From contig JBGANV010000011.1 in the NCBI GenBank assembly GCA_044222185.1, positions 96,001 through 160,000 of the forward strand: a stretch of DNA of 64,000 nucleotides. The letters are read 5' to 3'. Every line of letters begins with the position of its first letter. Positions within the stretch are counted from its first letter, which is position 1. The notes beneath the pieces were generated by a model. The model did no database searches, was not told the DNA's origin, and worked only from the letters and a program-made list of their open reading frames with translations. The position numbers were made by a program, and so were the translations under genes. This DNA comes from Planctomycetota bacterium (GTDB taxonomy: Bacteria > Planctomycetota > GCA-002687715 > CAIWVZ01). Positions 1 through 9,682 of the stretch are shown piece after piece.

Positions 1-2181
1 GACGACGAGCCCGGCGTAGGGCATCGCCATCTCGGGGTCGAGGGCGATCGCCTGCCGGAGCAGTGTCTCCGCGCGGCGGAGGTCGTTGCGCTTCCATGCC
101 ACCAGGCCTTCGAAGTGCACGGCCGGCGCGTACGTCGGGTCGATGTCGCCCGCTTCCTCGAAGTGACGCTCCGCGGAGTTCAGGTCGCCGACCTGCAGGA
201 ACGCCTGCCCCAGGTCGACGTGGGCATGGGCGCTCCTGGGCCGTAGCGCCAGCGCCATGGAGAACTGGCGGATGGCATCCGTGAGCGTCGCAGCGTTGGG
301 ATCGCGCAGCAGCATGCCGAGCTGGTGGTGAATCTCGTAGACGCCGGCGTATCGAGCTTGAGCCTCGTCGAGTACCGCGATCGCCCGCGCCCGATGGCCG
401 ACGTCGTTCAGACTCAGCGCCAGGAGGATCTGGGTGTCATCCGACTCGGCGGCACGCTCCGCCGACTCGACGAGAGCATCGAGCGCCGCGCCGTCGCGGG
501 TGGCCACGGCCGCGCGAACCTTCACGCGGAACTCATCGGGATCCACGCGGTTTGCAACCTCCACGAGTGTTCCCGCAGTCTCGGCGGCGGGCCCGCCGAG
601 CGCGCGCCGCGACCGAGCCCAATCGTCCAGCGCCCGAACGAGCCACGTGCGCAGCGGATGCACCCGCACCTTCTCCGCGGCCCCTGTGACTCCGAGGGCA
701 TCCACGTCGATGCCGGCCCGAGTGAACAGCTGCGTGTAGTCCCGGTCCTTGGACAGACGGTCCCGAGAATCACCCACGCGCTCCCGGATGGTCCGGAGCT
801 GTTCGAGTAGCCGGTGACTGTCCACGTCCGCGAGGCGCGAACGCTCGACGGCGGCCACCTGATCCTCGATGCGGCTCTTGATGTCGGGCGCGACGCTGCG
901 ACTTCGGACGAGAGCGGCGGCGTTCTGTGCGAGCGCGACCGCCTCGTCCCAGGCGCGCGGGTCGGGCTCGGTTCCCTGACTCGCACGCTCCGAAAGCAAC
1001 CGGATCCGTTCGCTCATCTCGACGGCCGCGTGCTCGTCGTCGCGAACGCGGGCCGACCGCTCGTGCTCGACCCAGATCCAGCCGCCGGCCGCGAGCACGA
1101 CCGCCAGCACCACCGCCGCGGCAAGCGCGATCGCGAGGCGCCGCTGGCGCCCCTCGGCTGCGGCCCTCGCCCGCGCCGCCGCCGCGTCCACCGCGAGGAT
1201 GCGCGCACGCTCGTCGAGTGAACGCAGGTATCGACCGACCTGGTCGGCCACGACGCCCGCGCTCTCCGGACGAGCTGCAGGATCCGGTGACAAGCAGCGC
1301 CGCGCGATGTCGACGAGTTCGGGGTCCGCGCCACTGGCATCGAGGCGCTGGCTCGCATCGGCCAGCCACGCCCTGGACGCAGCGAGGAGGATCTCGGACG
1401 CCGTCTCACCTTCGTAGGGCGGCTTGCCGGTGAGGATCTCGCAGAGAACCCCGCCGAGGGCGAACACGTCCGACCGGGGGCCGATCCGCTGCGTGTCGCC
1501 CGTCGCTTGCTCGGGCGACATGTAGGCCGGCGTCCCGACGATGCGCGCTCGGGGCGCCGAAGGGTCGTCTCCTGGGTGCGAGACGAAGCCCCAATCGGTC
1601 ACGAGGATCTCGCCGAACGCGCCGAGCAGGATGTTCGCGGGCTTCAGGTCCAGGTGACACACGCCGCGAGCGTGCGAGTACGCGAGCACCTGGCAGATCT
1701 TCTCGAAAGCCGAGAGAAATCCGAGGCGATCCTCCGTCGCGTCGGAGCGAGCAGCGAGAGTGGCCGCGAGCGTCCGCCCCTCCACGAGCTTCATCGTGAA
1801 ATAGGGCCGCCCATCGTCGGCCTGTCCGAGCTCGTGAACGGGGACGACCCCGGGATGCTGCAGCCCGCTCCCCACCCGCGCCTCGGTGACGAACCGGCGA
1901 ACCATCTCCGGATCGTCGGCCAGGTGCTCGTGGAGGATCTTCACGGCGACTGGCCGATCGAGCTCCGTGTCGTTCGCGCGCAGGACCAGGCCCATTCCCC
2001 CGCGGCCGACGAGCGCCTGGATCGGGTACCTGCCCACGGACTCGGGAACCCGGTTGGACGGCGCGCCCTTGGGTCGCGACAGCACGCTCCCGCTCCCGCC
2101 CGTTCCAGCGGGACAACCTTCAGCGGGCGAGAACGCCGCGCTCAGGGCCTTCTCCAGATAATCCTCGGACGGCTCGTTCAT
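1..2181 (-). CDS. Membrane Ser/Thr protein kinase with C-terminal TPR repeats (3' end runs off the window)
   Basis: Absent from the ORF track because no stop lies in the window. Manual translation from ATG 2181: GRGGMGLV, VAVK, HPGVVPVHE, HLDLKPAN, DWG, GTPAYMSPEQ, SDVFALG, a TM segment (LAIALAAAVVLAVVLAAGGWIW), then TPR-like helices (AHAHVDLGQAF, AIALDPEMAMPY). Confidence 0.9.
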   Translation of the reverse strand, partial: MNEPSEDYLEKALSAAFSPAEGCPAGTGGSGSVLSRPKGAPSNRVPESVGRYPIQALVGRGGMGLVLRANDTELDRPVAVKILHEHLADDPEMVRRFVTEARVGSGLQHPGVVPVHELGQADDGRPYFTMKLVEGRTLAATLAARSDATEDRLGFLSAFEKICQVLAYSHARGVCHLDLKPANILLGAFGEILVTDWGFVSHPGDDPSAPRARIVGTPAYMSPEQATGDTQRIGPRSDVFALGGVLCEILTGKPPYEGETASEILLAASRAWLADASQRLDASGADPELVDIARRCLSPDPAARPESAGVVADQVGRYLRSLDERARILAVDAAAARARAAAEGRQRRLAIALAAAVVLAVVLAAGGWIWVEHERSARVRDDEHAAVEMSERIRLLSERASQGTEPDPRAWDEAVALAQNAAALVRSRSVAPDIKSRIEDQVAAVERSRLADVDSHRLLEQLRTIRERVGDSRDRLSKDRDYTQLFTRAGIDVDALGVTGAAEKVRVHPLRTWLVRALDDWARSRRALGGPAAETAGTLVEVANRVDPDEFRVKVRAAVATRDGAALDALVESAERAAESDDTQILLALSLNDVGHRARAIAVLDEAQARYAGVYEIHHQLGMLLRDPNAATLTDAIRQFSMALALRPRSAHAHVDLGQAFLQVGDLNSAERHFEEAGDIDPTYAPAVHFEGLVAWKRNDLRRAETLLRQAIALDPEMAMPYAGLVV

Positions 2182-2292
2182 GCAGGGGGCGGGGGCTGGC
2201 GACGACGCAGGCGGTACATGGGCTCACAAACAGGTTCGGACCGACTGAGGATCTCTAGCGGAAAACCTTTCGAAGCTTGCGGCACATCCGGG

Positions 2293-2967
2293 TCAGAGAG
2301 CCGAGAAGATCTCGATGCAACGTCTTTCCAGTTCCTCACGTGTGTCGGTCGGGTGGTAGGCGGCGAGGACCTCGAGCAACGCGGCGCGAAACTCCTTCCG
2401 GGCCCGCGTCATGAGCGGATAGACGGCCGCCACGTCGAGCGCGAGCTCGACGGCGATGTCACGACTCGGCAGGCCCCGTTCGTACATCAGCTCGAGGGCT
2501 CGCAGCCGCAGCGCCGCCTGGCCACCGGCGTCCGCCCGTGATGCGAGCAGCCGGCGCGCCTCGCGGGTGAGAGCCTGGGCGAACGCCCGATCGAACACGC
2601 GCGAAGCGCTGGCGTCGTCGCTTTCGACGCCGTCGAGCTCATCCGAGTCCTGGGCCCGACGTCGCCGCTGGCGTGCAGCCTCCAGCGTCCCGGCGACGTT
2701 GCGTGTGATCCCGTAGAGGAAGGCGCGGAACCCACCGGGTCTGTCGGACTCGGCCCGAGCGAGGGCGCCGCCAGGCTTGAAGCATTGGAGGAACACCTCC
2801 TGTGCGCCATCGGCGACCTCCTCGTCGGACGGTGTCAGGCGCCACCGCGCGGCAAGGTATGCGCGGATCACGGGACCGTAGAGCCGGGAGAAGGTCTCGC
2901 GGCTCTCCGGGTCACCGGCGGCCGCACTCCTCACCAGCGTCCAGCATGTGGAGTCCCCGCGATCCAT
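2293..2967 (-). CDS. ECF sigma-70 factor, kinase-associated planctomycete type
   Basis: MDRGDSTCWTLVRSAAAGD..FSRLYGPVIRAY; D..QEVFL; GGFRAFLYGITRN; FDRAFA; C-terminal HTH (GLPSRDIAVELALDVAAVY..RARKEF); directly upstream of the kinase. Start re-set to ATG 2967. Confidence 0.88.
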   Translation of the reverse strand: MDRGDSTCWTLVRSAAAGDPESRETFSRLYGPVIRAYLAARWRLTPSDEEVADGAQEVFLQCFKPGGALARAESDRPGGFRAFLYGITRNVAGTLEAARQRRRRAQDSDELDGVESDDASASRVFDRAFAQALTREARRLLASRADAGGQAALRLRALELMYERGLPSRDIAVELALDVAAVYPLMTRARKEFRAALLEVLAAYHPTDTREELERRCIEIFSAL

Positions 2968-3020
2968 GGCGAGGATGATACCCGGCGGGCCCCGCATGGC
3001 CGTGCGCGGCGAGCGCGGCG

Positions 3021-3989
3021 TCAGAGAAGCGTGTACGCGAACGGGTTCGTGAACGCGGCGACCGAGGTCAGCGACGCATCCAACTCGAGCCCAACGCAGT
3101 AGATCGTCGTCCCTGAGGGGAGCGGCCCGGGGATCACGACCGTTGCGCTGCCATTGCCGTCGAGCGTTCCGAAGAACGGCGGTCCCAGCGCGACCTCGGC
3201 CAGGGCATCGGAGATCGACAGGTCGATCCCGAAGAGCGCGCCGTTGGGAAACGAGCCCTGGGTGAACGTGACGAGGTTGACATGGGTGTTGCCGGGTACT
3301 CCGCACGCGTTCGTCATGGTGAGCGCGCCCGAGGCGGCGGTCTGCGAGAGGGTGAAGCGGTAATCCCTGCAGATCTGGAAGCCGTCGATCGTGCCCGCGC
3401 CCTGCGCCGCCGACCAATCGATCACGAGGTCTGCGCCCGCGGCCAACGTGACGGCGTGCACGGCGTGCGTGATCCCGGGCGTGAACGTGTTCACCGCCAC
3501 CAGTGCGCCCCCGACGACCTGCGGGTTCGGACTCGTCGATCCCTGCACGCTCACGCTCGTCAGGTACGAGGCGCTGTCGGGCGCCCACGCATAGGTGAAC
3601 ACCACGTAACGACCGGGGGCGAGGCCCGTGAACCGGTAACTCATGGACATCCCCGCCGCGGCTGCGTGGCCGTCGTCCATCAGCGATTGGAAGTAACCCG
3701 TCGTCATCAGGTTGTTGAACCCGAACAGGCCGCCCATGCCGTCATTGCGCGTACACACGACACCGGTCGCGGCTCCCGACAGATCGGACAGCGCAAACGG
3801 GCCCGCGCTGACGTTGGCGAGCCAGTTCCACGTTCCAGGTTGATGCGCCGCCGCGCCGTATGTCGGCGCTGGCGTCCCGGAGCCCGCGCCACCGGGGACG
3901 ATGGATCCGACGTCGAGGTTGAAGGACTGGGCGACGAGCGACGTGGCGAGAAGTGCGGACACTGCGACGGTTCGGGGCCTGATTCTCAT
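3021..3989 (-). CDS. Exported protein, beta-sandwich N-domain plus shared C-terminal module (type A variant)
   Basis: Signal peptide MRIRPRTVAVSALLATSLVA|Q; FTGLAPGRYVVFTYAW; tail LSQ..SGAL...GALFGI...GPPFFGTLDGNG...LPSGTTIY. Confidence 0.8.
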   Translation of the reverse strand: MRIRPRTVAVSALLATSLVAQSFNLDVGSIVPGGAGSGTPAPTYGAAAHQPGTWNWLANVSAGPFALSDLSGAATGVVCTRNDGMGGLFGFNNLMTTGYFQSLMDDGHAAAAGMSMSYRFTGLAPGRYVVFTYAWAPDSASYLTSVSVQGSTSPNPQVVGGALVAVNTFTPGITHAVHAVTLAAGADLVIDWSAAQGAGTIDGFQICRDYRFTLSQTAASGALTMTNACGVPGNTHVNLVTFTQGSFPNGALFGIDLSISDALAEVALGPPFFGTLDGNGSATVVIPGPLPSGTTIYCVGLELDASLTSVAAFTNPFAYTLL

Positions 3990-4195
3990 GGGCGATCCTT
4001 CGGTCGGGGGCAGAGCACGGTGGACGCCGCAGGTGCAAGCGCCGTGCCCGCGTCGTCGCAGGCGGAGAACCGCGGGCAACGGGTCAGGCAGGGGCCCCGC
4101 TCCGTGTACGTTCGCCCACGCGCCGGGCAATTCACACACGCGAAGGTCGGCGCAACCGGGTCGTCGCGGGGCACAGAGCGCCGCGCTGCGACGCG

Positions 4196-6199
4196 TCAGT
4201 CGGACGTTGCGGGCTTCGGCACGGTCGTTCGCGCGGCGACCTGGCGGTTGTAGGCCTCGATCACTTCACGTCGTCGCAGAAGCCCGAGGAGGCTCTTGCC
4301 GGTCGCCACGTCGACGACGGGGATCTCGTCGATGTTCTTCTGGGTGAATCGTCGCATCACGAGGCTCAAGTCGTCGGCCGGCGTCACGGCGATGACCGGC
4401 GTGGTCATGACGTCCGCCGCCACGAGCGCATCCCACATCGTCTCGTCGTTCACGAATCGGCGCACGTCGCTCGTGCTGAAGATGCCCGCCAATGCGCCCG
4501 ACCCGTCCACGACCGGATAGTAGTGGCTCTGGCCCTCGGCGAGGCGCCGGATCAGCGCGCGCAACGGCGTCGCGATCGTGACGGTTTCCGACGGCCTCAC
4601 GCGATCCATGAGGTCGGAGACGCGCAACCCTTCGAGCACATCCACGATGAAGTCGCCACGGTGGGCGGGAGACTCGGTTCTCGACGACACCTGGGAACGG
4701 TAGAGGCGGGCATTGCGGCACAGCGCGAAGGTGATCGCACCGGCACCCATCGCCGGAACGAGCAGGTCGTAGTTCCCCGTCATCTCGCTGACCATGATCA
4801 GCGTCGAGATCGGCACGCGCGCCACGCCCGTGAAGAACGCCGCCATGCCGACGATGGTGAACGCGCCAGGATGGGGCGCGACGCCGGGCCATACCTGCTG
4901 GAACAGGATGCCCACCGCCGTGCCCACGGAGCCCCCGATCACCATCGACGGCCCGAACACGCCCGCGCTGCCGCCGGATCCGATCGTCAGCCCCGTGGCC
5001 ACGATCTTGCCGAGCGCGAGCAGCGCGAACGTGCCGCAAAGTGCCCAGGCTCCCGCGCCGCGAAAGGTCGCCGGGGTCAGATCGAGGGACTCCTGCAGCG
5101 GCGCATAGCCGAATGAAAGCACGCTCAAGGCACGGCCGTCACCCAGAACCTTCATCAGTCCGAGAGCCAGGCCTCCCGTGAGGAGTCCACCGAGAGCTGG
5201 TTTGACGATTGGGTGCAGCCGCAGGCGCTCGAAGGCGGATTCGATCCCGTGAAACGTGCGCACGTAGACGTGCCCCACGGCCGAAAGCACGAGGGCGAGG
5301 ATCGCGTAGGGCACGAGTTCGATCGGCGAGTGGAACGTGAACGCCGACGAGTTCGGAATGAGGTCGGCGGCGAAGAGAGTCCCGGGCCCGGCGTGCCAGG
5401 TGAACACGCTGTAGGACGTGATGCAGCCCACGAGCGCCGGCATGACGACCTCGCTCTCGAACTCGCAGTCGTGATAGAGGATCTCGGCCGCGAACAGTGC
5501 GCCGGCGAGTGGCGCGCGGAAGATCGCGGCGACGCCCGCGCCCATGCCGACCGCGAGCAGGATCCGCCGATCGCGGTTGGGCAGTCCGAGCCACGACGCG
5601 AGCACGGAGCCGAACCCGGCGCCGATCTGGGCGATCGGGCCCTCGCCTCCCCCGCTCCCACCGGTGCCAAGCGTGATCGACGACGCCACCGTCTTCACCC
5701 AGACGACGCTGGCATGGATGACGCCCTTCTTGTGGTGGTACGCATGGATCGCCGAATCCGTGCCGTGTCCCTTCGCATCCGGCGCGAATCGGCGAATCAG
5801 CCAACCGACCGCGAGTCCCCCAACCGTCGGAAGAAGCAGGCACCAAAGCGGGGAGATCGTCGCGCGATCGTAGGCGTACGGTGTCGTGAGGTCGCCGGTC
5901 TCGCCGCGGGGACGCACCGGGTGATAGCCCGCGAGACTGCCGAGCGCTGACTCGCCCAGACGGTGGGCCATCCAGTGAAAGGCGATGGCACCAAGCCCCG
6001 CGATGACCCCGACGATCGCGCTCAGAAGGAACCAGCGCCCCTCACCGAGCAGTGATTCGAGACGGCGAACCCAGGGCCGAAGGGGGCGCTGGCCGGAGGT
6101 TTCGACGGTCGGAAGATCGGTTGCGCGCGCACCCGCCGTTGCGAGGTCGCGATCCGCTCGACCATCCCCATCGCCGACGATTCGTGACGCGGGTTCCAC
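4196..6199 (-). CDS. CLC-family chloride channel / H+/Cl- antiporter with tandem CBS domains
   Basis: GHGTD, GGSGGGEGPIAQIG, AIFRAPLAGALFAAE, GGSAGVFGPS, many TM helices, C-terminal CBS pair (YPVVD..G.., IPVVD..LLG). Confidence 0.93.
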   Translation of the reverse strand: MEPASRIVGDGDGRADRDLATAGARATDLPTVETSGQRPLRPWVRRLESLLGEGRWFLLSAIVGVIAGLGAIAFHWMAHRLGESALGSLAGYHPVRPRGETGDLTTPYAYDRATISPLWCLLLPTVGGLAVGWLIRRFAPDAKGHGTDSAIHAYHHKKGVIHASVVWVKTVASSITLGTGGSGGGEGPIAQIGAGFGSVLASWLGLPNRDRRILLAVGMGAGVAAIFRAPLAGALFAAEILYHDCEFESEVVMPALVGCITSYSVFTWHAGPGTLFAADLIPNSSAFTFHSPIELVPYAILALVLSAVGHVYVRTFHGIESAFERLRLHPIVKPALGGLLTGGLALGLMKVLGDGRALSVLSFGYAPLQESLDLTPATFRGAGAWALCGTFALLALGKIVATGLTIGSGGSAGVFGPSMVIGGSVGTAVGILFQQVWPGVAPHPGAFTIVGMAAFFTGVARVPISTLIMVSEMTGNYDLLVPAMGAGAITFALCRNARLYRSQVSSRTESPAHRGDFIVDVLEGLRVSDLMDRVRPSETVTIATPLRALIRRLAEGQSHYYPVVDGSGALAGIFSTSDVRRFVNDETMWDALVAADVMTTPVIAVTPADDLSLVMRRFTQKNIDEIPVVDVATGKSLLGLLRRREVIEAYNRQVAARTTVPKPATSD

Positions 6200-6253
6200 G
6201 GGCGGCGCACTCTACGTCGTCGTGAGGCTGGTCAAGGCTGTCGCCTGAGGCCG

Positions 6254-6784
6254 TCACTCAGGCTTCCGAGCGCGACGGCGGCGCCATCCCATCCGCAAGA
6301 GCAGCAGGCAGACCCCGAGAACCCCGCAGAGGAAACACGCCGCATGCAAACGCGCCACGTCGTAGGCGGATCCGAGCAGCGGATTCTCGGAGGTGAAGGG
6401 GGCGAACGGCCGCGCGTCCTCGTGCATGATCCCATCGAGGATCGGATGCGAGAGTGAGCCGAGCGCACCTCCGATCGCGATGGCGCGCGCGGAGAACTCG
6501 AACGAGGTGGCGCCCGCGGCGACATCCGCGCCGTCTGCGTCGAACCACCGAGCCAGGCGCCTGCGAAGCGCAACGAGAACGACGATGGTCACGACCCCGG
6601 CGACCGCAGCGCCCGGGAGCGTGTGGAGGGCGCGGTGAAGCGGCCACTCGCCGCGGAGCATGTGGTATCCGGTCTCGCAATCGATGGTCACGTTGGCCGC
6701 AGCGAACGCGAGGAACGAAACGTGACGGGGCAGGATCGCCTTGAGCGCGAGGCCCGGTCCGAAGTGGAAAGGCGTGAACGGCAT
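6254..6784 (-). CDS. DUF4184 / YdjM-like membrane putative metal-dependent hydrolase
   Basis: MPFTPFH start, LHRALHT, SHPILDGIMHED..PF.PF motifs, hydrophobic helices. Confidence 0.75.
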   Translation of the reverse strand: MPFTPFHFGPGLALKAILPRHVSFLAFAAANVTIDCETGYHMLRGEWPLHRALHTLPGAAVAGVVTIVVLVALRRRLARWFDADGADVAAGATSFEFSARAIAIGGALGSLSHPILDGIMHEDARPFAPFTSENPLLGSAYDVARLHAACFLCGVLGVCLLLLRMGWRRRRARKPE

Positions 6785-6915
6785 GGAAGTCGCGCGAAGG
6801 AACGGCCGCACAGTCTACGGGTGCGCCGGAAACACGGCCATCGCCGTCGCGCACGTAGCATGGTCCCGCATTCGACGACCTTGATCGCCGCCACCTCAGC
6901 CACGGGAGCCACAGC

Positions 6916-7479
6916 ATGCCGAGTTTCGTCGGAATCTCCGGAAGCCTCCGCGCGGGTTCGTTCAACACGGGGATCCTCCGAGCGGCGGCCGCCGTCATGC
7001 CCTCCGGCTGCACGCTCGCCGTGGAGTCGATCCGCGGCATCCCGCTCTACGACGCCGATGCGGAGGCCGCGACTGGCATCCCACCGCGCGTCGCGGAACT
7101 GAAGGACAGGATCGCGTCCTCCGACGGACTGATCATCGCCACTCCCGAGTACAACAACTCCATCCCCGGCGTACTGAAGAACGCGACCGACTGGCTCACC
7201 CGTCCGCCGACCGACTCGAAGCGCGTTTTCTCCGGCCGCGCCGTCGCGCTCCTCGGTGCGACGCCCGGCGGGCTCGGCACCGTGCTCGCGCAGGACGCGT
7301 GGCTGCCGATTCTCCGCGCGCTGGGCTGCCGCCCGTGGTTCGGCGGGAGACTGCTCATCTCGAAGGCTCCGGCTCTTTTCGACGCCCAGGGCAACCTGAC
7401 GGACGAGGCGACCCGAAAGCAGATCCAGGATTTCGTCGCCGGATTCGCGGCGTTCGCGTCCGGCGGCGCGTCGCGGTGA
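6916..7479 (+). CDS. NADPH-dependent FMN reductase (ChrR/YieF-like)
   Basis: GISGSLRAGSFN, ATPEYNNSIPGVLKNATDWLTR flavodoxin-fold signature. Confidence 0.93.
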   Translation: MPSFVGISGSLRAGSFNTGILRAAAAVMPSGCTLAVESIRGIPLYDADAEAATGIPPRVAELKDRIASSDGLIIATPEYNNSIPGVLKNATDWLTRPPTDSKRVFSGRAVALLGATPGGLGTVLAQDAWLPILRALGCRPWFGGRLLISKAPALFDAQGNLTDEATRKQIQDFVAGFAAFASGGASR

Positions 7480-7565
7480 AGCGACGCACGCGTCGCGCCG
7501 CGGCGGCCGTGCGAACACCGCCGGAGGCCGTCGACAATCGAGCCGAACGTGGGATGATCGCGCCC

Positions 7566-8990
7566 ATGAATCCGTGGGTCGCCTCCCTACTCTGCCTGCT
7601 TCCGATCGTCGGGTGCGCGTCGCATTCCTCGTCCGCCACGTCGCGGCGCCCGAACGTCGTGTTGATCGTCGCCGATGACATGGGCTTCGGCGACGTCGGC
7701 GCGAACGACCCGCGCGTGACGTGGACGCCTCGGCTCGATCGGCTGGCGCGTCAGGGCGCGCGGCTCACGGACTTCTACGTGTCGCAGCCGGTGTGCTCGG
7801 CCTCGCGGGCGTCGATCCTCACGGGTTGCTACGCGAGCCGTGTCGGCATCAGCGGTGCGTTGGCGCCGTCGGACGAGGTGGGCATCGCCGACGGCGAGCA
7901 GACGTTGGCCCAGGTCTGCCGTGCCCAGGGATACGCCACTGCGGCCTTCGGGAAATGGCACCTGGGGCATCACCCACGGTTCCTTCCGCTGCGGCACGGA
8001 TTCGACCGCTTCCTCGGCATCCCCTATTCGAACGACATGGGTCCTGAGAACGCCGAGCGCCCGACGGCATGGCCACCGCTGCCACTCATCGAGAACGAGC
8101 GGATCGTCGAGCTGAATCCCGACCAGTCGCGCTTCACGCGGATGTTCACGGATGGCGCCGTGGCGTTCATCGAAGAGAGCGCGCGCCGCAAACAGCCGTT
8201 CTTCGCCTACGTCGCGCACCCCATGCCGCACGTTCCGCTGCACGCGTCCGATCGGTTCCGGGGTTCCACCGGCCACGGCCTGTATGCCGACGTGATCGCG
8301 GAGATCGACTGGTCCGTCGGAGCAATCGAGGACGCGCTTTCGCGCGCGGGCGTGTCGGACGAAACGCTGCTGATCTTCACCTCCGACAACGGGCCATGGC
8401 TCGTCTTCGGCGATCATGCAGGGTCGACGGCAGGGCTGCGTGAGGGCAAGGGCACGACGTTCGAAGGTGGCGTGAGGGTGCCAGCCCTGTTCCGCTGGCC
8501 CGGCGTGATCCCCGCGGGACACGTGAGTGCCGAGCCCGCCATGACGATCGACCTCCTCCCGACGATCGCGAAGCTGATCGGTGCGCCGCTGCCGCCGCTT
8601 GCGATCGACGGCGCGGACATCGGCCCGTTGCTCACGGACGACGGAGCCGCGTCGCCTCACGAGGCGTTGTTCTTCTGGTACCAGCGCAACGATCTGGAGG
8701 CCGTCCGATCGGGTCGCTTCAAGCTGCACTTCGCACACGGCTATCGGTCGATGATCGGCCGAGCCCCCGGGAAGGGTGGCCGCGCAGGGCAATACGATTG
8801 GAACCGACGGACTGGGACCGAACTGTATGACCTCGTCGATGATCCAGCGGAGGCGCGGAACGTGGCCGCGGACCACCCCGACGTGGTGGCCCGGCTCTCA
8901 CGCCTCGCCGATGACATGCGACGGCGTCTCGGCGACAACCTCACGCGTTCGGTGGGCACGGATTCGCGCCCGGCCGGACGGGAGCCGTAG
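7566..8990 (+). CDS. Cys-type arylsulfatase (S1 family), probable lipoprotein
   Basis: PNVVLIVADDMG, VCSASRASILTG (CxxxR), GKWHLG, FTSDNG, GKGTTFEGGVRVP, ELYDL..DP.E..N; lipobox IVGC; start uncertain (7554 or 7566). Confidence 0.93.
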   Translation: MNPWVASLLCLLPIVGCASHSSSATSRRPNVVLIVADDMGFGDVGANDPRVTWTPRLDRLARQGARLTDFYVSQPVCSASRASILTGCYASRVGISGALAPSDEVGIADGEQTLAQVCRAQGYATAAFGKWHLGHHPRFLPLRHGFDRFLGIPYSNDMGPENAERPTAWPPLPLIENERIVELNPDQSRFTRMFTDGAVAFIEESARRKQPFFAYVAHPMPHVPLHASDRFRGSTGHGLYADVIAEIDWSVGAIEDALSRAGVSDETLLIFTSDNGPWLVFGDHAGSTAGLREGKGTTFEGGVRVPALFRWPGVIPAGHVSAEPAMTIDLLPTIAKLIGAPLPPLAIDGADIGPLLTDDGAASPHEALFFWYQRNDLEAVRSGRFKLHFAHGYRSMIGRAPGKGGRAGQYDWNRRTGTELYDLVDDPAEARNVAADHPDVVARLSRLADDMRRRLGDNLTRSVGTDSRPAGREP

Positions 8991-9328
8991 GCGTCGCAAC
9001 GTCCGGGAACGCGAGGGATCCTCCAGCCCCCCGGAGCCAGACGGCGCGCCGTCCACCCCCGACCAGGCCCGCCTCGCCATCCGCAACCATCGATTCCGCA
9101 GTAACTTGCGCTCCGGAGTCACCCGTCGACGCGGCGCCGCCAAAACCGACCTTCGGCGGAATCCGCCGCGAAGCTCGCCGCCTCGCGTCGTATCCGGTTG
9201 CAACTGCCATGAGCCCTGACCGCTGCACACGTTGTCGAGGAACGACCCCCATCGGAACGCGGGTCTGCCTCGCCTGCCGGCAGCGTGAGCGGGCGCGCGC
9301 GGATCGCGGATGGAGTTACCAGGCAGCC

Positions 9329-9385
9329 ATGTGCCTGGTCGATCTCATCCTGAACCTCGTGCTGACGATCCTCGCTTGTCTTTGA
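9329..9385 (+). CDS. Possible 18-aa hydrophobic peptide MCLVDLILNLVLTILACL
   Basis: Manual translation; GC3-rich codons, GGAG about 13 nt upstream; below the ORF-track cutoff. Confidence 0.3.
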   Translation: MCLVDLILNLVLTILACL

Positions 9386-9437
9386 CCTGCGTTCCGTCGA
9401 GCAGCCCAATCGCGTCCCCTTTCGAGAGTTGAGAGCG

Positions 9438-9629
9438 ATGGACAGGCCGACCGAGTGCATCCGCTGCGCCCGAACGAAGCCCCTGCTGAGTGGCGTCTGC
9501 GCCTCGTGCCGGCGGACCGAGCGAGAACGCACACCCTGGGTCCGCGAGAAGCGGCCCGGCGGGCTCTGGTTCGAGCTTGGCGAGTTCGTCGCGCAGGTGC
9601 TGCTCGGCTCCCTGCTCGGGGGTCTCTGA
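9438..9629 (+). CDS. Small hypothetical protein, CxxC...CxxC zinc-ribbon-like with hydrophobic C-terminus
   Basis: CIRC...CASC and LGEFVAQVLLGSLLGGL tail; purine-rich upstream sequence. Confidence 0.45.
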   Translation: MDRPTECIRCARTKPLLSGVCASCRRTERERTPWVREKRPGGLWFELGEFVAQVLLGSLLGGL

Positions 9630-9682
9630 CGGCGGCGACGGCGCTTTCGCCACCCCCGACTCGCTAAACTGTTGGCACTTCC

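Noticed and set aside
2199-4065. CCGCCTGCGWCGWCGC shared upstream of the first kinase and the 3989 gene
   Set aside because: No second box at fixed spacing and low complexity; much weaker than the motif at 61536/63685
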